DNA from: the human T2T-CHM13v2.0 reference genome, Homo sapiens
Direction: 5' to 3' (one strand)
Assembly: GCF_009914755.1 (NCBI RefSeq)
Contig: NC_060929.1
DNA length: 64,000 nucleotides
The notes beneath the pieces were generated by a model. It did no database searches and was not told the DNA's origin. It was given only the letters and a program-made list of their open reading frames with translations. Both the position numbers and the translations under genes were made by a program. Numbering within the stretch: the stretch's first letter is position 1; every line of letters begins with the position of its first letter. Positions 14,881 through 37,916 of this stretch are shown here, in pieces.

Positions 14881-15369
14881 TTAAAGATAGCAGCCTTTTT
14901 TTAGACCTTTTAGAAAAAAACAAAGCTAACAGATTTTTTTTCTCCTAAGTATTTAGTCTGTTATGCATTTAGACTATGGTCTACTTGAAGGTAGGAATTA
15001 TATCTTATTGGCTCATTCAGAAATGGGAGGAAATTAGGCCAGATTATCTGTCTTATTCTGTTGTATGATTACGTATGATTACGTGTGACTTCTAAGGATA
15101 GAAACAAATGCTGAGTAATACACGTAATTGTAACTTCAAAATGTGGCTCATGGACAGGAGCCAGTGTGTGAACCCACCTGCTTGAATTCCCCCGCACGCC
15201 CTGCAGGTAGCTAATATGCCTCAGCAGAGCCCAGGCCTCTGTAGACGAGTCTGAAGAGTGCTGCTTTTCAGGATAGGAACTGGACTCTGCTTTCTGTAAT
15301 ATACTTGATATATTCTAATTCAAAATTTAGTCATGTCTGCATACAATGACATACATTTCTTGTATCCCC

Positions 15370-15812
15370 ATGATGGTGGCAGCAAGAAGGAAGACACTGC
15401 AAAACACATTCAACTCCCCTCTTTGGGGAACTGTTTATTCCTGCGAAGCTGCTAGTGCAGATCGATGGTTCTGATCCAGTGGAACACATCAAAATCATCT
15501 GGAGAGCTTTTTAAAAAGACAAATATTATCCTCCTTCTAGAGACTCTGATCCAGGAGGTCCAGCACAAGGCTGGGCATGGGATTCAGCCTGCACTCTGGG
15601 TGTGGACCTCATGCTGATGGGCACCAAGCTATGGCTGTACATGAGACCATGAGCCATTTCCTTCCCCGCACCCTTCTCTACCCTCCTGTGCCTGCCCTCG
15701 GGCCCAGGTGGACTGTGATGTTCCCCGGTGGAGATCTGATAGAGATTTTTCTCAGAAAATTGAATACAAAGTAATCTCTCTTCCCTTTTAACTGTAATTC
15801 TCACTATCACTA
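15370..15812 (-). repeat. Right arm of the inverted duplication
   Basis: Matches 12751-13184; the spurious ORFs 12753+ and 15526- translate to near-identical peptides. Confidence 0.93.
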
Positions 15813-17267
15813 CCACATCCCTGTTTCCTTGGAAACTACAAAGTTAAGATGGACTTGCAATGTTGTGTCCAAAAGTTTCCTAATCTGAAACTCTGCACCT
15901 GGGCTGGAAATCCAGGCCAGCTTTCTATGTCAAGAGTGGGATGTTTCACTCTTCACGTTATGATTTCAGGTAGCAAAGTTTCTGACCCTCTGTGATGACA
16001 GAGAACAAGATTTCTCAGTGAGATAAGAAACAGTGGTCACAAAAAAAGAGAACTGTTAGGACACCGTATAGCTGCATTCTGACCTTGGGGAAATAGGCTT
16101 CCCGTTAGCTTTGTAGCTGGGCTTCTCTGTGTTTGTTACCCCAGCCTGCTCTAGGAATAGCAGGCCTGATTTTTACCTTCTCACTAGATTCCTCACATCT
16201 GCAGACCTAACACGCTCAGTTTTGATCCTGTGGTCCATGATATGTGTTCATTGGAGATTTTGAGAAAGTATACAAGAATGCCCAGCATTCACATCCGACA
16301 TCTTAATGTACCTCCGAACCTGTAAAGCACTAAGAAAGTAACTTAAGGAAAAGTGACCTGAAAGGAGAATTAAAATTAAAACTGGTATTAGAAAGGTAGG
16401 GAAGGGAAACAGGTATAAGTAAGCCATGGTTTGAAGCCTTTATAGTGCTTAAAATCCTTTGGCCTGCTAATATCATGCAAAGAGAGCTAGTCTGAGGAAA
16501 TCACTAGCTGTAAGGACAAAGATGCATAGACAGGGATAAGCATTATATGTCATGGTGAAAAACCAAAAACCACTTAAACATTAAAGGTGTAGTTATATAT
16601 CCAAAATGAACAGCGGCCACAAGGATGCTCATGAAATAAGTGCAAAAAAAACAAGATCTTAAAATATATAGTATGATATCAACTAATTTTTTAAATTGTA
16701 TAATAACATGTATAGAAAATGTCTATAAGGAAATGTACCAAAACAGTAACGATGATTTCAGAGTGCCTGGATTATGGGAGATTTTGTTTCTTTATTCTTT
16801 ATTTTCTGTAATAAGCTTGTATTTTTCGGAATACCACAGTGAGCATCTATTACAACAATACAGGGCAGTTCTAAAATAAACATGTATTACTCAGAGAAAG
16901 AAATTAATTACTTTTGGAAAAAAAGTAATGGCTCTTTAGCCAGAAAATAAAAATTGTATGAGGATAATTACATGCTGCAGAGTTACTCCTATTCATGGGA
17001 CTGTGCAACTGTGTTTTTCCTGCTATGTTCCTGGTAGCTGGAAGAACATAATTTTTAATTTTTGATTGGTGGTTTATGTGCTAAACAAGGCTGAATGAAT
17101 CTGCATCTTTTTTAGTTGTGTAATTTTTAGCATTTAAACCTTTTTTTAATCATTAGTCATTTCTCCTAGTAGGAATAACAACTTTAGTAGGCGTTTGACG
17201 TTGGTTGTTTCACTCAGAAAAATGGGTTCAAACTTCGGACCTTGTTACTGTTTTTATTTATTTTTAA

Positions 17268-17577
17268 ACTTTTTTTTTTTTTTAGAGGCATGGTCTTGCT
17301 TTGTCACCCAGGCTGGAGTGCAGCGGCATGATGATAGCTCACTACAGCTCCAACTCTTGGGCTCAAGCGATCCCCACACCCCACTGCCACCTCAGCCTCC
17401 TGAGTAGCTGCAACTATAGGCGTGCACCACCATGCCCGGATAAGTTTTTAAAATTTTTTGTAGAGATGGGGTCTTGCCGTGTTGTCCAGGCTGGTCTCAA
17501 ACGCCTGGGCTCAAGGGATCTTCCCTCCTCGACCTCCCAAAGTGCTGGGAACATAGGTGTGAGCTGCCACACCCATC
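17268..17577 (-). mobile_element. AluJ-like
   Basis: Reverse Alu consensus. Confidence 0.9.
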
Positions 17578-17895
17578 CTAAAACTTTTCATACCTTTATT
17601 TTCTCCAGAGTAATTCTAGGTATCCAACAAGTAAATATTAAAATACTATGTACTTATAAAGAGAAATATGTAGGAAACTATTGAAATTTAGTTAAGATCA
17701 ATTGAGATTTATAGACAAACTTAGCTTTGAATTTAGATGGCCTTTTTGCCATTTATAGCAAAATTATCTTTATAAATAGGAAGAGTATGTACATATTTAC
17801 TCAAAAATTTAAGGTGACTGTAAAGTTTCTAAATACGTAGTGACATTGTAAGCCTTACACGAACTTGCCTTTTTGACTCTTTGCAGTCCGGGACC

Positions 17896-18059
17896 ATGTC
17901 TGGAGAACTACCACCAAACATTAACATCAAGGAACCTCGATGGGATCAAAGCACTTTCATTGGACGAGCCAATCATTTCTTCACTGTAACTGACCCCAGG
18001 AACATTCTGTTAACCAACGAACAACTCGAGAGTGCGAGAAAAATAGTACATGATTACAG
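17896..18059 (+). CDS. SFXN1: SFXN1 exon 2 coding part (exon starts 17887; ATG 17896), MSGELPPN...KIVHDYR
   Basis: Acceptor tttgcag|TCC, ACCATG start, donor AG|GTAACA; sideroflexin N-terminus [12 protein letters not shown]. Confidence 0.97.
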
Positions 18060-18625
18060 GTAACATTAATTATTGTTTTTTGGTTTAATGTATAAATAGA
18101 TCATCATGTTAGGCTGCTATCTTTAAACCTTCACTTAGTGATTTTACAACTTTTTTTTTTGCAATGGAATTCTTTTGACCAAAAAAAAAAAAGGAAGAAA
18201 AGAGTAAAAAGACCTGTTATATCCCCCATTGCTCGCCATTAACACAGATATCTAGGGTTCATATTAACCTGACAATGGGAGTCATCCCTCTTAGTTGTAG
18301 ATACCAATCCCTTTCTCCTGGCAGCTTGCCTTCTGTTCTCCGATAGCACCACCACCTCCACTACGACATCCACAACCCCTCCGTGCATTTTTCTGTCTCT
18401 GAACAGAAACAGCATTATGCAAAAACAAATTGCCAAGAATCAGGGGTAGGTTGGTTCCTTCTGAGTTATAGGCCCAGTAAGTAAAGTCCTGTAGGTAGGA
18501 GCTCAGATGGGAAGGGTGCTGGTGGCAATGCCTACAGGGAATGCAGATGTGGGATGCACGCCATCAGTTGAGAGAACCATGCGGGAGGGAGGAGAAGATG
18601 CTACCGGTGTAGAGATATTCCAAGG

Positions 18626-19130
18626 CAGCAGTTGGCCACTTTTTCTGTAAAAGATCATATAGGAACTATTTCAGCCTTTGTGGATCTCTGTCACATATTA
18701 TTCTTAAGTTTTTATTTGTGTTTTTTTGTTTGTTTAACAATCCTTTAAAAAAATGTAAAAACCGCTGGGCACGGTGGCTCACGCCTGTAATCCCAGCCCT
18801 TTGGGAGGCTGAGGTGGGTAGATCACGAGGTCAGGAGATCGAGACCATCCTGGCTAACACGGTGAAACCCCGTCTCTACTAAAAATACAAAAAATTAGCC
18901 AGGCATGGTGGCGGGCGCCTGTAGTCCCAGCTACTCGGGAGGCTGAGGCAGGAGAATGGCATGAAGCCAGGAGGCAGAGCTGGCAGTGAGCCAGGATCGT
19001 GCCACTCGCCACTGCACTCCAGCCTGGGCGACAGAGCGAAACTCCATCTAAAAAAAAAAAAAGATGTAAAAACCACTCTTACCTGGCAGGGCACACAGGC
19101 CACGAACAGTAGTTTGCTGACTCCTGCACT
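18626..19130. mobile_element. MER58-like hAT MITE split by an AluY-like element (18764-19062, +)
   Basis: cagcagttggccactttttctgtaaaag ... agtttgctgactcctg; Alu flanked by atgtaaaaacc. Confidence 0.75.
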
Positions 19131-19597
19131 GGGGGAAAGTCAATCCAAAGCTGGGGATTGGATTGCTAGAAGCTTTGTGCCTAAACATGCCCAGAAGTGA
19201 CACATCAGAAGCAGGTCCTTAACCATCATCTAGGTAGAGAGAGAACCGACGACAGTCAATAAACACTGAGTCTGGCCAAGTTCTGCCATGTGCCAATGTG
19301 CGTAAAGAGGGAATACACAAACAGCAGATAAACGAACAGCAGAACATCCTGGAACCTTACGAGAAAATAGTGAAGACAGGCAAAAGCCGTAGAAAGCAGA
19401 GAAGTTGAGATGAAAAGACAACTGCATGGTTGAAAAGAAGATGGCATAAGGAAGATTGCCAAGAACGTACAAATGTAATTGAAATTGAAATGTTTACTGG
19501 AGGCAGTGGTAAAGGACCAACATCAGAAATTACACGTAAGAAAAAGTACAATTACCGATAGAGAGAATGAACCTGAGAAGCTTGCCGGGGTGAAGAA

Positions 19598-19780
19598 CAG
19601 AGGTCGGCAAACTTTTTCCGTAAAGGGCCAGACGACAAGTATTTTAGGCTTTACAGGCCATGCATTCTTTGTCACATATTCTTGTTTGTTTTTACAACCC
19701 TCTAAAACCATAAAAGCTATTCTGAGCTCACAGGCATAGAGAAACAGGCCAGGCCGTGGACTGGTGTTTGCCAATCCCTG
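19598..19780. mobile_element. MER58-like hAT MITE
   Basis: cagaggtcggcaaactttttccgtaaagggccaga ... tttgccaatccctg terminal inverted repeats. Confidence 0.8.
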
Positions 19781-20196
19781 ATATAGATGGAAAAGAAGGG
19801 TACGAAAAAGACTCTGTAAGAGGAAAAGAGAATGGAGACTGAAGATAAAATTAATTGGTGCTCCTAAAAGAGAAACTAGAAAAATGCAAATAAGCAATAT
19901 TAAATATATTTCATAGCAACAGAAAGTAAAATGGAATTTTCCTCAGGTGAGGAAAACCATTTCTCTAATTAAAGAGACCTGCCCTATTTCAAGCAGACAC
20001 ACCCACACATGGCAATTTTTTTCCTTTTGTTTTTTCTATAAACTTTTAAAACTTCCAGAAGCATCCATGAACAGGAAAACAACGAAAAGCTATTAAAAAG
20101 GAACATGTCAGAAAGGGCTCAATCTTTTCATCTCTACGCTGAATGCCTGAAGATAGTAAGCGATGTGTGCCAAGTTCTCAGGGGAGAGAGTTGTCA

Positions 20197-20643
<447 letters not shown>

Positions 20644-20669
20644 TTAAAAAAAATAAGCCATAATATAAG

Positions 20670-21590
<921 letters not shown>

Positions 21591-21688
21591 ATAAGAAAGT
21601 CATATAAATAGACAAGTGATGAATGTTGAAACACATAGAAATAGTTGTATCTCTAGTATGAAATACTGTATAGAATAAAAGAGATTAA

Positions 21689-22980
<1,292 letters not shown>

Positions 22981-23438
22981 TATATACTTTTATATATATA
23001 AATCAGTAAGCCAGTTGTTAAATCAGTATGTAAGAAATAACTCAGAGTTTCCTACCTCCCCATCAAGAGATAAATCAGCCATGAGCCTTCAGGGGAGATT
23101 AGTTCAAGGGCTAGTTAGGGTTGAAGAGGTATCATGTTTTAAGTATGACTGCCAATATATAGTTCTAGTGGGATACCCACAATGCTATTTGAACAATGCT
23201 ATATGAACCAAAAAGAAAGTAATAAAAATGGCTAACATTAAAAAGCAGGACAAAGGTAATTGCAAATAAAAAGTAGGAAATTACAATTCTGGGCAAATAG
23301 ATCCAAATATTTTGATATTGATAAAGATATAGTGAATGCCGAACAGACAGTATTCATGAGCCAGTGGTGTTCCATCAAAATATACAAAGAAAGGGTGGTT
23401 AGCAATACAAATAGAACTTGATTAAAACACAATCACAG

Positions 23439-23805
<367 letters not shown>

Positions 23806-24760
23806 TCACACTAGAATTTTTATGCTGTTTTAATTCTTTGATCAAAACAAAAAAATCACAAAGTAAAAACAATGAGAAATTAATGAGAAAATTAATTATT
23901 AATCTTATTAATGAGAAAATTAATAAGAAACTTTAAGGAATTGTACTCTGAGGAAAGTTTATAGCTTTACATATCTCTGTGATTAAACAATAAAAGCTGA
24001 CAATGAATGAACTGAGAACCCAGCCTAAGAAATTAGAGAACAGCAGAATAATAGGAAAATAGTAAACCCTGCAAGGTACTTCCTGAGTGCTGGATACTGA
24101 CGGCTTTAATCATTTCACATTTACTAATTTAACCCTCACAACCTTTGAGGGTAGATAATGTTATTTCCATTTTTCAGATTAAGAAACGGAGGTGGTAACA
24201 GAATCCTGCTGCGGTAGGTGGTAGAGCCAGGATTAAAATCCAGACGATCTGACCGCAGAGTTCATGCTGTTAACTACTACATACACTGCTTTTCAAAACA
24301 GAGAGGAGTTCATTTTAAAAGTCTGAAATTAATTAATAGGATTAAAAAATAAATGTAAGAAATTGTCCTTTGATAAATCCAGAAAAGGATAAGCCTCTGG
24401 TAAGTCTAACCATTCTAAAGAAAACAAATAAAACTCAAAATATATAACAAAAGGAGTAAGAAAGCTACCTAACAGAGAAATAGAATATAAAAATAAAGCC
24501 TACTGTATAGCTTTTTTGCTAAAGATTTTAAAAATCTTAGTGAAATATATAACATTCTATGAATACAGTATATAGGTTACCAAAATTGACTCAATCCAAA
24601 AGAAGGCAGGGAAAGAGGGGAAAAGGAATGAGGAGGAGATGAGACAAACAGAAAACAAATAGCAAGATGGTAATAAAATAAAAATCTTTCCCACAAAAAT
24701 CTCAAAGGCCAGATGGCTTTACACAGGTAAAGAAAGAATTTTTTCACAGGAAGAATATCA

Positions 24761-25132
<372 letters not shown>

Positions 25133-25676
25133 CTACAAGTACCCTGATGCAAAACCAGAAAAAGGGATTAGAGGAAAAATGACTAACACCCCTCATAAAC
25201 ATAGACACAAAAATTCTTAACAGAATTTAACAAATCTACCCGGAAAGGGCAATACCCAAAATAAGCAGAACTCAAGTGGAGTTATAACAAGAATGCAAGA
25301 TTGGTTTAACATTTAAAAATCACTGTATCAGTAGACTAAAACAGAAAACCGTATTATCATATCAATAGATGCAGAAAAAGCAGACAAAATCCAACATCCA
25401 TTCATGATACAGCTGTCAGCAAACTAGGAATAGAAGGGGAAGGTACAACTACAAAAACCCTACGACTAACATCAAACCTAATGGTGAAAGTATGAATACG
25501 TTCCTCCTAAGATTGGGGAGCAAGGCAAGGATTTCTGCTCTCGTTAACTTTTCTTCAGCATTGTGCTAGAGGTTCTAACTAGGGCAATAAGAGAAAATTT
25601 AAACTTTTTTTTTCAAAAAAGACAAAGATAGGAAATGAAAAAGTAAAACTTTCCTTATTCACAGAAAACGTGATCA

Positions 25677-26059
<383 letters not shown>

Positions 26060-26194
26060 TCAATTTCATTCCTATCTAGTAGCAATTAACAACTGTAATT
26101 TTGAAATTTTTAAAATAATACCATTTTCAGTAGCAACAAAAATATTAAGTACTTAGAGATCACTTTAACAAAATATATAAAATGCCTGTACACC

Positions 26195-26195
<1 letters not shown>

Positions 26196-26246
<51 letters not shown>
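26196..26246. repeat. (CA)n microsatellite, about 25 units
   Basis: Uninterrupted CA run. Confidence 0.97.
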
Positions 26247-26248
<2 letters not shown>

Positions 26249-26812
26249 TTACAGAGAAAAAAACAGAGCTTGGGTTTTTTTAAAAACTGGAGAGATATAC
26301 AGTGTTCCTGTATTGGAAGACTCAATATTGTTAAGATGTCATCTCTTCCCAAATTGTTGTAAGATTCATTGTAATCATCAAAACCCCAGCAGGCTCTTTT
26401 TAGACACTGACAAGCTACTTCTAACGTTTATGTGGAAATACAGGGAGCCTAGAATATTGGAAACAATTTTGAAAAAGAATGAAGCTGAGAAACTCACACT
26501 ACCTGGTCTTAAGACTGACTATAAAGCTCTCGTAGTAACGACAGTTTAGCATTGTTGTAAGGAGACACATTTAGATCCACGTAACAGAAGAGAATCCTGA
26601 AATAGGCACAAATGTGTATAGTTAACTGATTTTATGTAAAGGAGCCAAGATAATTCAATGAGGAAAGGATACTCTGTTCAATGAATAGTTCTGGAAAAAT
26701 TAGATTCTTGTATAAAAAATGGATCTTGATGCTTAACTCATCCTGTAAACAAAATTTAGCTTGAAATGGATAGTAGACCTAAATATACTAGCTAACACTA
26801 TTCAACTTCTAG

Positions 26813-26987
<175 letters not shown>

Positions 26988-27600
26988 TAGCTAGGATTAC
27001 AGGTACGTGCCACCACGCCCAGCTAATTTTTTGTATTTTTAATAGAGACAGGGTTTCACTGTGTTAGCCAGGATGGTCTCGATCTCCTGACCTCGTTATC
27101 CGCCCGCCTCGGCCCCCGAAAGTGCTGGGATTACAAGTGGGAGCCACCGCGCCCGGCAGTATGGGCAAACATTTCTTAGATAAGATATAAGAATGGACAA
27201 TTATCAATTGAAACGGAAAGAAGAGAAAAACACTGATAAATTGGACTTCATCAAAAGTAAAGTCTTTTTATGACAGAAGACACTGTTTAGAAAATAAAAA
27301 TGCAATTCACAGACAAGGAAAATATTTGCAAAACTTGTATCTCGTAAAGGATTTGTATCCAGAAGATATAAAGAACTCTTATCAATATTGAACTATATCA
27401 CTTGAACTATATCCATCCAGTAATTACCCAACCCAATTTTTTTAAATGGACAAAAGATTTGAGTAGACTTAGGACACTTCACCATAGAAGATACAGGAAT
27501 AGCAAGTAAGCATATGGAACTATGCTCAGCATATTAGTTACTAGGGAAATGCAAATCCACAAGAAGATGCTACTTCACACCTACTTCACCTACTAGACTT

Positions 27601-28312
27601 TGTAATCACCCAGTGGGTTCACCTTACCTGCTGCCTAGACAGAACCGATTTATCAAGACGGGAATTGCAATGGAGAAAGAGGAATTCATGCAGAGCCGGC
27701 TGTGAGGGAGACCGGAGTTTTATTATTATTCAAATCAGTCTCCCCGACTGATTCGGTGATCAGAGTTTTTGAAGAAAATTTGGTGGCTAGGGGCTTGGGA
27801 AGTGGGGAGTGCTGGTTGGTCAGGTTGTAGATGGACTCATAGAGGGTTGAAGCAAGGTTTTTTAATGTCTTCTCTTCCTGGGTGCGATGGCAGAACTGGT
27901 TGGGCCAGATTACTGGTCTGGATGGTGTCAGCTGATCCAAAGTGCAAAATATCTCAAACACTGATCTTAGGTTTTACAATACAGTGATGTTAGCCCCAGG
28001 AGCAATTTGGGGAGGTTCAGATTCTTGGAGCCAGAGACTGCATGACCCCTAAACTGTAATTTCTGATCTTGTAGCTAATTTGGTAGTCCTGTAAAGACAG
28101 ACTGGACCCCAGGCAAGAAGGGGGTCTTGGGGGGTGTTATCAATTTTGTTTCAGAGCCAGACCATGAACTGAATTCCTTCCCAAGGTTAGTTCAGCCTAT
28201 GCCCAGGAATGAAAAAGGACAGCTTAAGGATTACAAGCAAGATAGAGTCAGTTAGTTCTGATTTCTTTCACTGTCATAATTTCCTTAGTTATAATTTTGC
28301 AAAAGCAGTTTC
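27601..28312 (-). mobile_element. Solo ERV1 LTR (LTR8-like)
   Basis: TG...CA ends; minus strand begins tgaaactgcttttgcaaaattataact, which I recognise as LTR8-type; about 710 bp. Confidence 0.75.
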
Positions 28313-28429
28313 AGAATAACTAAAAAGAGAATTGATAAATAACGTACTGGCCGGGCACAGTGGCTCATGCCTGTAATCCCAGCACTTGGGGAGGCGGAGG
28401 CGGGAGGATTGCCTGAGCTCAGGAGTTCA

Positions 28430-28630
<201 letters not shown>

Positions 28631-29381
28631 TCAAAATAATAATAATAATAATAATAAATAAATAAATAACTGGTACATCCATCCATCGAACAGATTAACC
28701 AACTCATATAAACAACAGGGTGCTTCTCAAAAGTGTTATGCAAAGTCAAAGAGGTCAGACACAAAATACACAAAATATGTATCTACTCACTGTATGATTC
28801 CATTTGTGTGAAATTCTTGAAAAGGTAATATAGTGTTAGAAAACAGATCCATTGGTTGGCAGGAAGTGAGGAAATAACTCCAGAGGGGCCCAAGGGAACT
28901 GTTGGAGACATGGAAATATCCTGTACCACAATTCCGGGGCGGTTACACCACTGAGTATATTTTTTCAAAACTTAGCAAATTGGACACTTAAAGTGGATGA
29001 CTTTTATGGTATTTAAATTATACCTCAATAAAGCTGATTTAATTTTAAAATGTTACAAGATCATAGAAAAAAAGGAAATGCTTCCCGATTCATTGCAACC
29101 CTGATACAATAAATGATTTAAAAAATACAAAAAGAAACAGTGGCCTGTCTTACAAATTGATAATGCAAAAATCCAAAGTAAAACACCAACACATAGCATC
29201 CAACCTTGTGTTAAAACATGAACTGGTAGAATTTATTCCGAGAATGAAAAGGTGATTTATATTTAGGACATTTATTAGTGTAATTTATCACATCAATATG
29301 TCAGAGCAAAAAAGCCACATCTTGATAGATGCCCAAAAGAAGGTAAAATTATATATCTATTTCCCATAAAATAATTAATCA

Positions 29382-32772
<3,391 letters not shown>

Positions 32773-33179
32773 TATTAATTTCTTAAGGCTGCCATAACAA
32801 ATTGCCACCAACTTGAGCCTCACAGTTATGGAGGCTCAAGGTCTGATATCAAGGTGTCAACAGGGCCATGCTCCCTCTAAGAATCCTTCCTTGGGGCTTC
32901 CAAGGTTCTAGAGGCTCTAGGAATGTTTTGATGCACCTTGGCTTATGGGTACATTGCTGTCATCTCTGCCTCCTTCATTACTTGGCCTTCTTCTGTGTCT
33001 GATTGCACATGGCCTTCCTATAAGGACACCATTCATTGGATTTAGGGACCACTCTAATCCAGTATGCCGTTTGGCATTTGAACTAATTGCATCTGCAAAG
33101 ATCCCATTTCCAAATAGGGTCACATTCTGAGGTTGCAGGTGAGACATGAATTTTGGGGGAGACACTGTTCAACCCAGTA
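32773..33179 (-). mobile_element. MLT1-family MaLR LTR
   Basis: ggctgccataacaaattgccac ... ccaaatagggtcacattctgagg ... gacactgttcaaccca. Confidence 0.8.
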
Positions 33180-33499
33180 TAGATTATATAGAAGAATATC
33201 TGAAGACAGAGAGAAATGTTTACAGTATATTACTGAGTAAAGAAGGTGGTTATAAAGCAGCAGGTCTGGTGTGATGCCTTTAAGTAAACACATCACATTT
33301 AGCTTCTAGAGGAGAGACTGAAAATACATGCATGAAAACATTACCAGTGGAGATGAGTAGGTAAAGACTTGAGTGATTTTAATTGCTCTAATGGATTCCT
33401 GTTTTTTCTCAATTTTTGACAATGAATACGTGCTTCTTTGATAAAGAGAAGAAGTAAAGAATGAGGCACCTAATTTTTTTTTCATCAAGAGTCTTCTGA

Positions 33500-34742
<1,243 letters not shown>

Positions 34743-34839
34743 AGAGCATAAACTTTTAAAACCTTGTAGCCACTTGTCTCTAGGACACTGGGGAGATATT
34801 TGAAATGAGCAATTGCCATATTATTTGTTGTTTTCTTAG

Positions 34840-35010
34840 GCAAGGAATTGTTCCTCCTGGTCTTACAGAAAATGAATTGTGGAGAGCAAAGTACATCTAT
34901 GATTCAGCTTTTCATCCTGACACTGGTGAGAAGATGATTTTGATAGGAAGAATGTCAGCCCAGGTTCCCATGAACATGACCATCACAGGTTGTATGATGA
35001 CGTTTTACAG
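34840..35010 (+). CDS. SFXN1: SFXN1 exon 3, [17 protein letters not shown]...HPDTGE...MMTFYR
   Basis: tcttag|G acceptor, AG|GTATGT donor; sideroflexin HPDT motif; frame continuous. Confidence 0.97.
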
Positions 35011-35916
35011 GTATGTTATGAATATGTAGCAACAGTGTGTTTACCATTACAGAAGCTCAAAGTATATTTTTGTATGTAAATAATTTTGTTGAAATAAGTA
35101 TTATTTCATAAGTATATGAAGTGACAAACAAGGTAATTAGCTTGATTGAATCATTCCGTAATGTACTTATGAATCAAAACATCATGTTGAACTCCTTTAG
35201 TATATACAATAAAAAATAAAATTGAAGACAATAAAAAACAAAAAATGGGGTATTATTGATGTAAAAGAAAAGAAGTCATTTCACTTTTAGTTCCATTATG
35301 TTTGAATGTTGCTACTCTGGGACTCTTTTTTTTTTTAACCCTTCCCCTCTGCTAAATAGCATCTTCTTAGTTGTTCAAAAGGAGGTTGAATTTTTTTTCT
35401 AAATCTTAGCCCCAAAAGAGAATGAAGTGGAGAAGGAAAATAAAGAGTCTGCAGGCAAATTCTCCTTTGACTCCATTCATATAGATATAGGTATAGGTAT
35501 AAGTGTAGATATAGGCACATTAAAGGTGTATGTGTAGACATAGACATATAGCATTGCAAGTGCTGTTAGGAGGGCCCAGGACCGCTTAGCCTACAAATTG
35601 TATCTTTTTTCCCCAAGAGAAGGGATCTGGCATTTATTGAATGTCTATTCTGTACCAGGCTCTCTACAAATTTTATCTTACTTCATCCTCATAGTAACCC
35701 TCTGAGCTTGGTGTTATCTATATCTACGGAATGAGGAAACTGATGATCCCAGAGGATAAAAGCTTGCCCAGCACACAGATCCTAAGCCTGTGTGGCCTTA
35801 TGGCTTTCTCCCTTCCCCAGTACGTCTCCTCTCTGGTTACTGGTGTTCACGTTTTCTGTTCCATGCCGCGGCTGGGCCCAGTGATGGTGGGTATGTGACG
35901 GATGCCTCTGTTTTAG

Positions 35917-36015
35917 GACTACGCCGGCTGTGCTGTTCTGGCAGTGGATTAACCAGTCCTTCAATGCCGTCGTCAATTACACCAACAGAAGTGGAGACGC
36001 ACCCCTCACTGTCAA
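35917..36015 (+). CDS. SFXN1: SFXN1 exon 4, [32 protein letters not shown]
   Basis: ttttag|G acceptor, AA|GTAAGG donor; conserved [15 protein letters not shown] motif. Confidence 0.97.
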
Positions 36016-37258
36016 GTAAGGCTACGAGAATTGACCACTCTCTGCAGTTCTTCAACCTTCATTTTATTAAGTGGTGATACTCTCCTGTTTAAAAAAGCCT
36101 ATGTGTGCATATTTTTATATTGTTCAGAATATTATGTAGCATCCTTTTTTGTAGCTTTTTTCTTTTTTAAAGTAAAGTGTTTCATTTTCTCTCTCCCTAT
36201 CAAGAAAACAGTCTTCTTCCAGCCTGCCTTCTCAGACATTACTCGTGCCTTTGGAGGTACTGGTAGGATGTTACCTCCTTCTCACCCTGGAGCTCATGGC
36301 CCTGTAGAACACATGGCAGGCAGCACCGGCCTGGCCTCTGATAAGTGACAGGCTGTTCCGCCATCTACCCTGCCTGAGTTGACAGACACCAACGTTAAGA
36401 GTAGAGGAGACAAAGTGTGGTCTCTGCAGAAATCAAGGGGAGACCATGGCGGTGTGAACTTTATATCTGATATGTTTTTAAAATAGCTCATCTGTGGAGT
36501 CCAAAAGAAAGCAATGAGTTTTAATTTTTTGTCACCTGTTAAAAAAAAAATAGGCTCACAAGATTAGTTAACCAAAAACGTTAGTTAGCATAATTGTATT
36601 ACACTTGAAAGAAAAGTGCTTCTCTTTTTTATCACTTAAAATTGCTTTTGACAACACATATTCTTCTACTATTGTTATATGGAACAAAGGATCTTGAAAT
36701 CTGCAGCCAAGTGGTGTTTATTGCAATTAAAATTTCTTTTAAAAGAAGAGAGAATTGCTTGGGCTTTATAGTTTTTGGATGATAAGACTTAGTATTTTTA
36801 TACAGTTAAGATATCATTTTTTAAATGGCAGCACTTCATTTTTGCTTTCAGTGTGTATATTAATATTTTGAGAAATATTTTTAAGCAAATATGCCCCAAA
36901 CATTTAGCCCAATATGCATTCCCCTGTATTCATAGCTTCCTACACACAGCTCCCCTCCTTCTCACGAATACAAAGTCTGTATGTTTATTTATTTATTTTA
37001 ACCAACTCACTTCAAAGAATACATGTCTACTTTTTTGGAGTTATAGTCAAGATACGTGTGAAGAATCCCATTGTTTATGGATCTGCTTGCTTTTTCTCTA
37101 GATTCCCCTACTTGTGGAGTGATAGTGAATGTTGTTTTGTAGACTCTTCATTCTGAATCATGCTCTTTTATATTTCCCTTTTATTTCTTCAAATAATGTT
37201 GCACCAGAGTTTCCTGACATGCCCTCGTCGTCCACACGATATCCTTTTTTCTTTTCAG

Positions 37259-37334
37259 TGAGTTGGGAACAGCTTACGTTTCTGCAACAACTGGTGCCGT
37301 AGCAACAGCTCTAGGACTCAATGCATTGACCAAG
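37259..37334 (+). CDS. SFXN1: SFXN1 exon 5, ELGTAYVSATTGAVATALGLNALTK
   Basis: Polypyrimidine tract + cag|T acceptor, AAG|GTACTC donor; frame continuous. Confidence 0.96.
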
Positions 37335-37916
37335 GTACTCAGATTTTTATTTCCATAATAAAGCTGTTTAATTTGTTATCACCTGCCTGGCTCTAAATCC
37401 CTCTATTATTTCTTAAACTAGTTCAAGTCATATGGCTTTCTTGTTATAGTGCTTATCTTCAGCTGCATATTTTAGTTATATCTTCCAATAAGTTTGGGAA
37501 GAGTTGTCACCAGTAACACCTACCAGGACTGTGGTCTGTGCCTGACTCTGTACGAAGTGCTAAATGTTCACCCATCCTGACAGCCCACCAGAGGCATTGC
37601 AGAGGGCAGTGTGCCTCAGGCCACAGCTCTGAAGAGAGGCAAGAGCATCTCTCTCTCTCTCTCTCTCTCCCCACTCCAAAGCCCATACTCCTGCAACCAC
37701 ACTTAGCTACAAGGCCTTAGAAGCTTGCATGGTCCCAGCACACCCATGTGGGAAATATACAAATACTGCTAGGAAAAGTTTTGAAAGCATTCTTGGCCTG
37801 AGTTTCTATGCAAATGGGACTCTGCATTTTTCAGAGTTTTCAAGAAGAAATAAGTTATTTCCATTTACTAGTACAGGAAAAATAAGATAAAGCTCTTGAA
37901 ATTTTCTCCTCTGCAG

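Noticed and set aside
23870-23932. AT-rich repeated unit (attaatgagaaa) resembling an array
   Set aside because: Only 3-4 degenerate copies within an L1 relic; slippage, with no repeat-spacer structure
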